Shown here: piece after piece, positions 63,535 to 64,000 of the stretch | Layout: each line of letters opens with the position of its first letter | Numbering within the stretch: position 1 is the first letter of the stretch | NCBI GenBank assembly: GCA_046563655.1 | Contig: CM102286.1 | Coordinates: forward strand, 558,001 to 622,000 | From: Yuukianura sp. NJ FZ-2021 | Taxonomy: Eukaryota | Reading direction: 5' to 3' | DNA: 64,000 nt | Notes under the pieces: generated by a model | What the model was told of the DNA's origin: nothing | Seen by the model: only the letters and a program-made list of their open reading frames with translations | Database searches by the model: none | Translations under genes and position numbers: made by a program

Positions 63535-63599
63535 AGACTAAAACTCTGAATCGGCAGAATTAGCAAAAAAGAAATTCTGCTGAATCAGAGTTTTAGTCT
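63535..63599. other. Near-perfect 65-nt hairpin (27-bp stem, 11-nt loop), probably intronic
   Basis: AGACTAAAACTCTGAATCGGCAGAATT pairs with AATTCTGCTGAATCAGAGTTTTAGTCT, with one G-U pair and one A-A mismatch. Confidence 0.75.
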
Positions 63600-64000
63600 A
63601 TTGTTTGTTTTTCTCTTGATGAAAAGATGTAAACATAAAGCCAAATTATTTTTTTGACAAAACTGCTTTCTCTGCTGGAAACTTTGAGATGAAAAGTTGT
63701 CAGCGGAAGTGGAGAGGAAAAAACTAATGTTTTTTGACGTTATTAACTTGACTCTGCACTCAAAAAAAAACTTAAGAAGCAGGAGGAAGCTTTTTCCTCA
63801 GAAGTTAAAAAGAGAGGAACCTTTTTTCTTAGAAGTTAAAAAAAGAGGAAGCTTTTTGCTGAGTTTTGTGTGGAGAAAGTCAATCTAAAAACAAAAGGAA
63901 ACGAGACGACAGAAAATAAGTTTTCATTCTCAGTTGTTGCTTTTGTTGGGGAAAGCGTAACTTTTCTTGTTGTTTTTCCTTTTTCATTTTCTCTCTCCGC

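Overview
Eukaryotic, intron-rich, AT-rich animal DNA. Gene content and intron style suggest a hexapod, most likely a springtail (Collembola); this is inference. Many true genes are spliced and are missing or fragmented in the ORF track, so I rebuilt them by hand from splice sites. Left part: a partial ionotropic-receptor-like gene, a secreted MACPF-only gene, a signal-peptide-bearing tyrosine phosphatase with no TM helix, FKBP6/shutdown and a small secreted precursor. A ~14 kb stretch with no recognisable genes follows. Then come an apparently intact intron-containing pogo/Tigger transposon, a 4-TM gene and a complete RYK/Derailed-type pseudokinase receptor. A second RYK paralog starts divergently at 58.2 kb. 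The most striking region lies between the two RYK genes (42.7-57.1 kb): a dense island of small, mostly secreted genes. It holds a secreted ADF-H/coactosin-like protein (GC-AG intron), a secreted GT-A-like protein resembling a bacterial/giant-virus family, two paralogous 6-Cys peptides ending in GRK, a 4-exon furin-site precursor ending MYPGDFIFP, two Ly6/three-finger proteins and a secreted stand-alone C2 domain. Two GR/OR-like genes bracket the island, one of them damaged. Several MITEs with target-site duplications are also visible.
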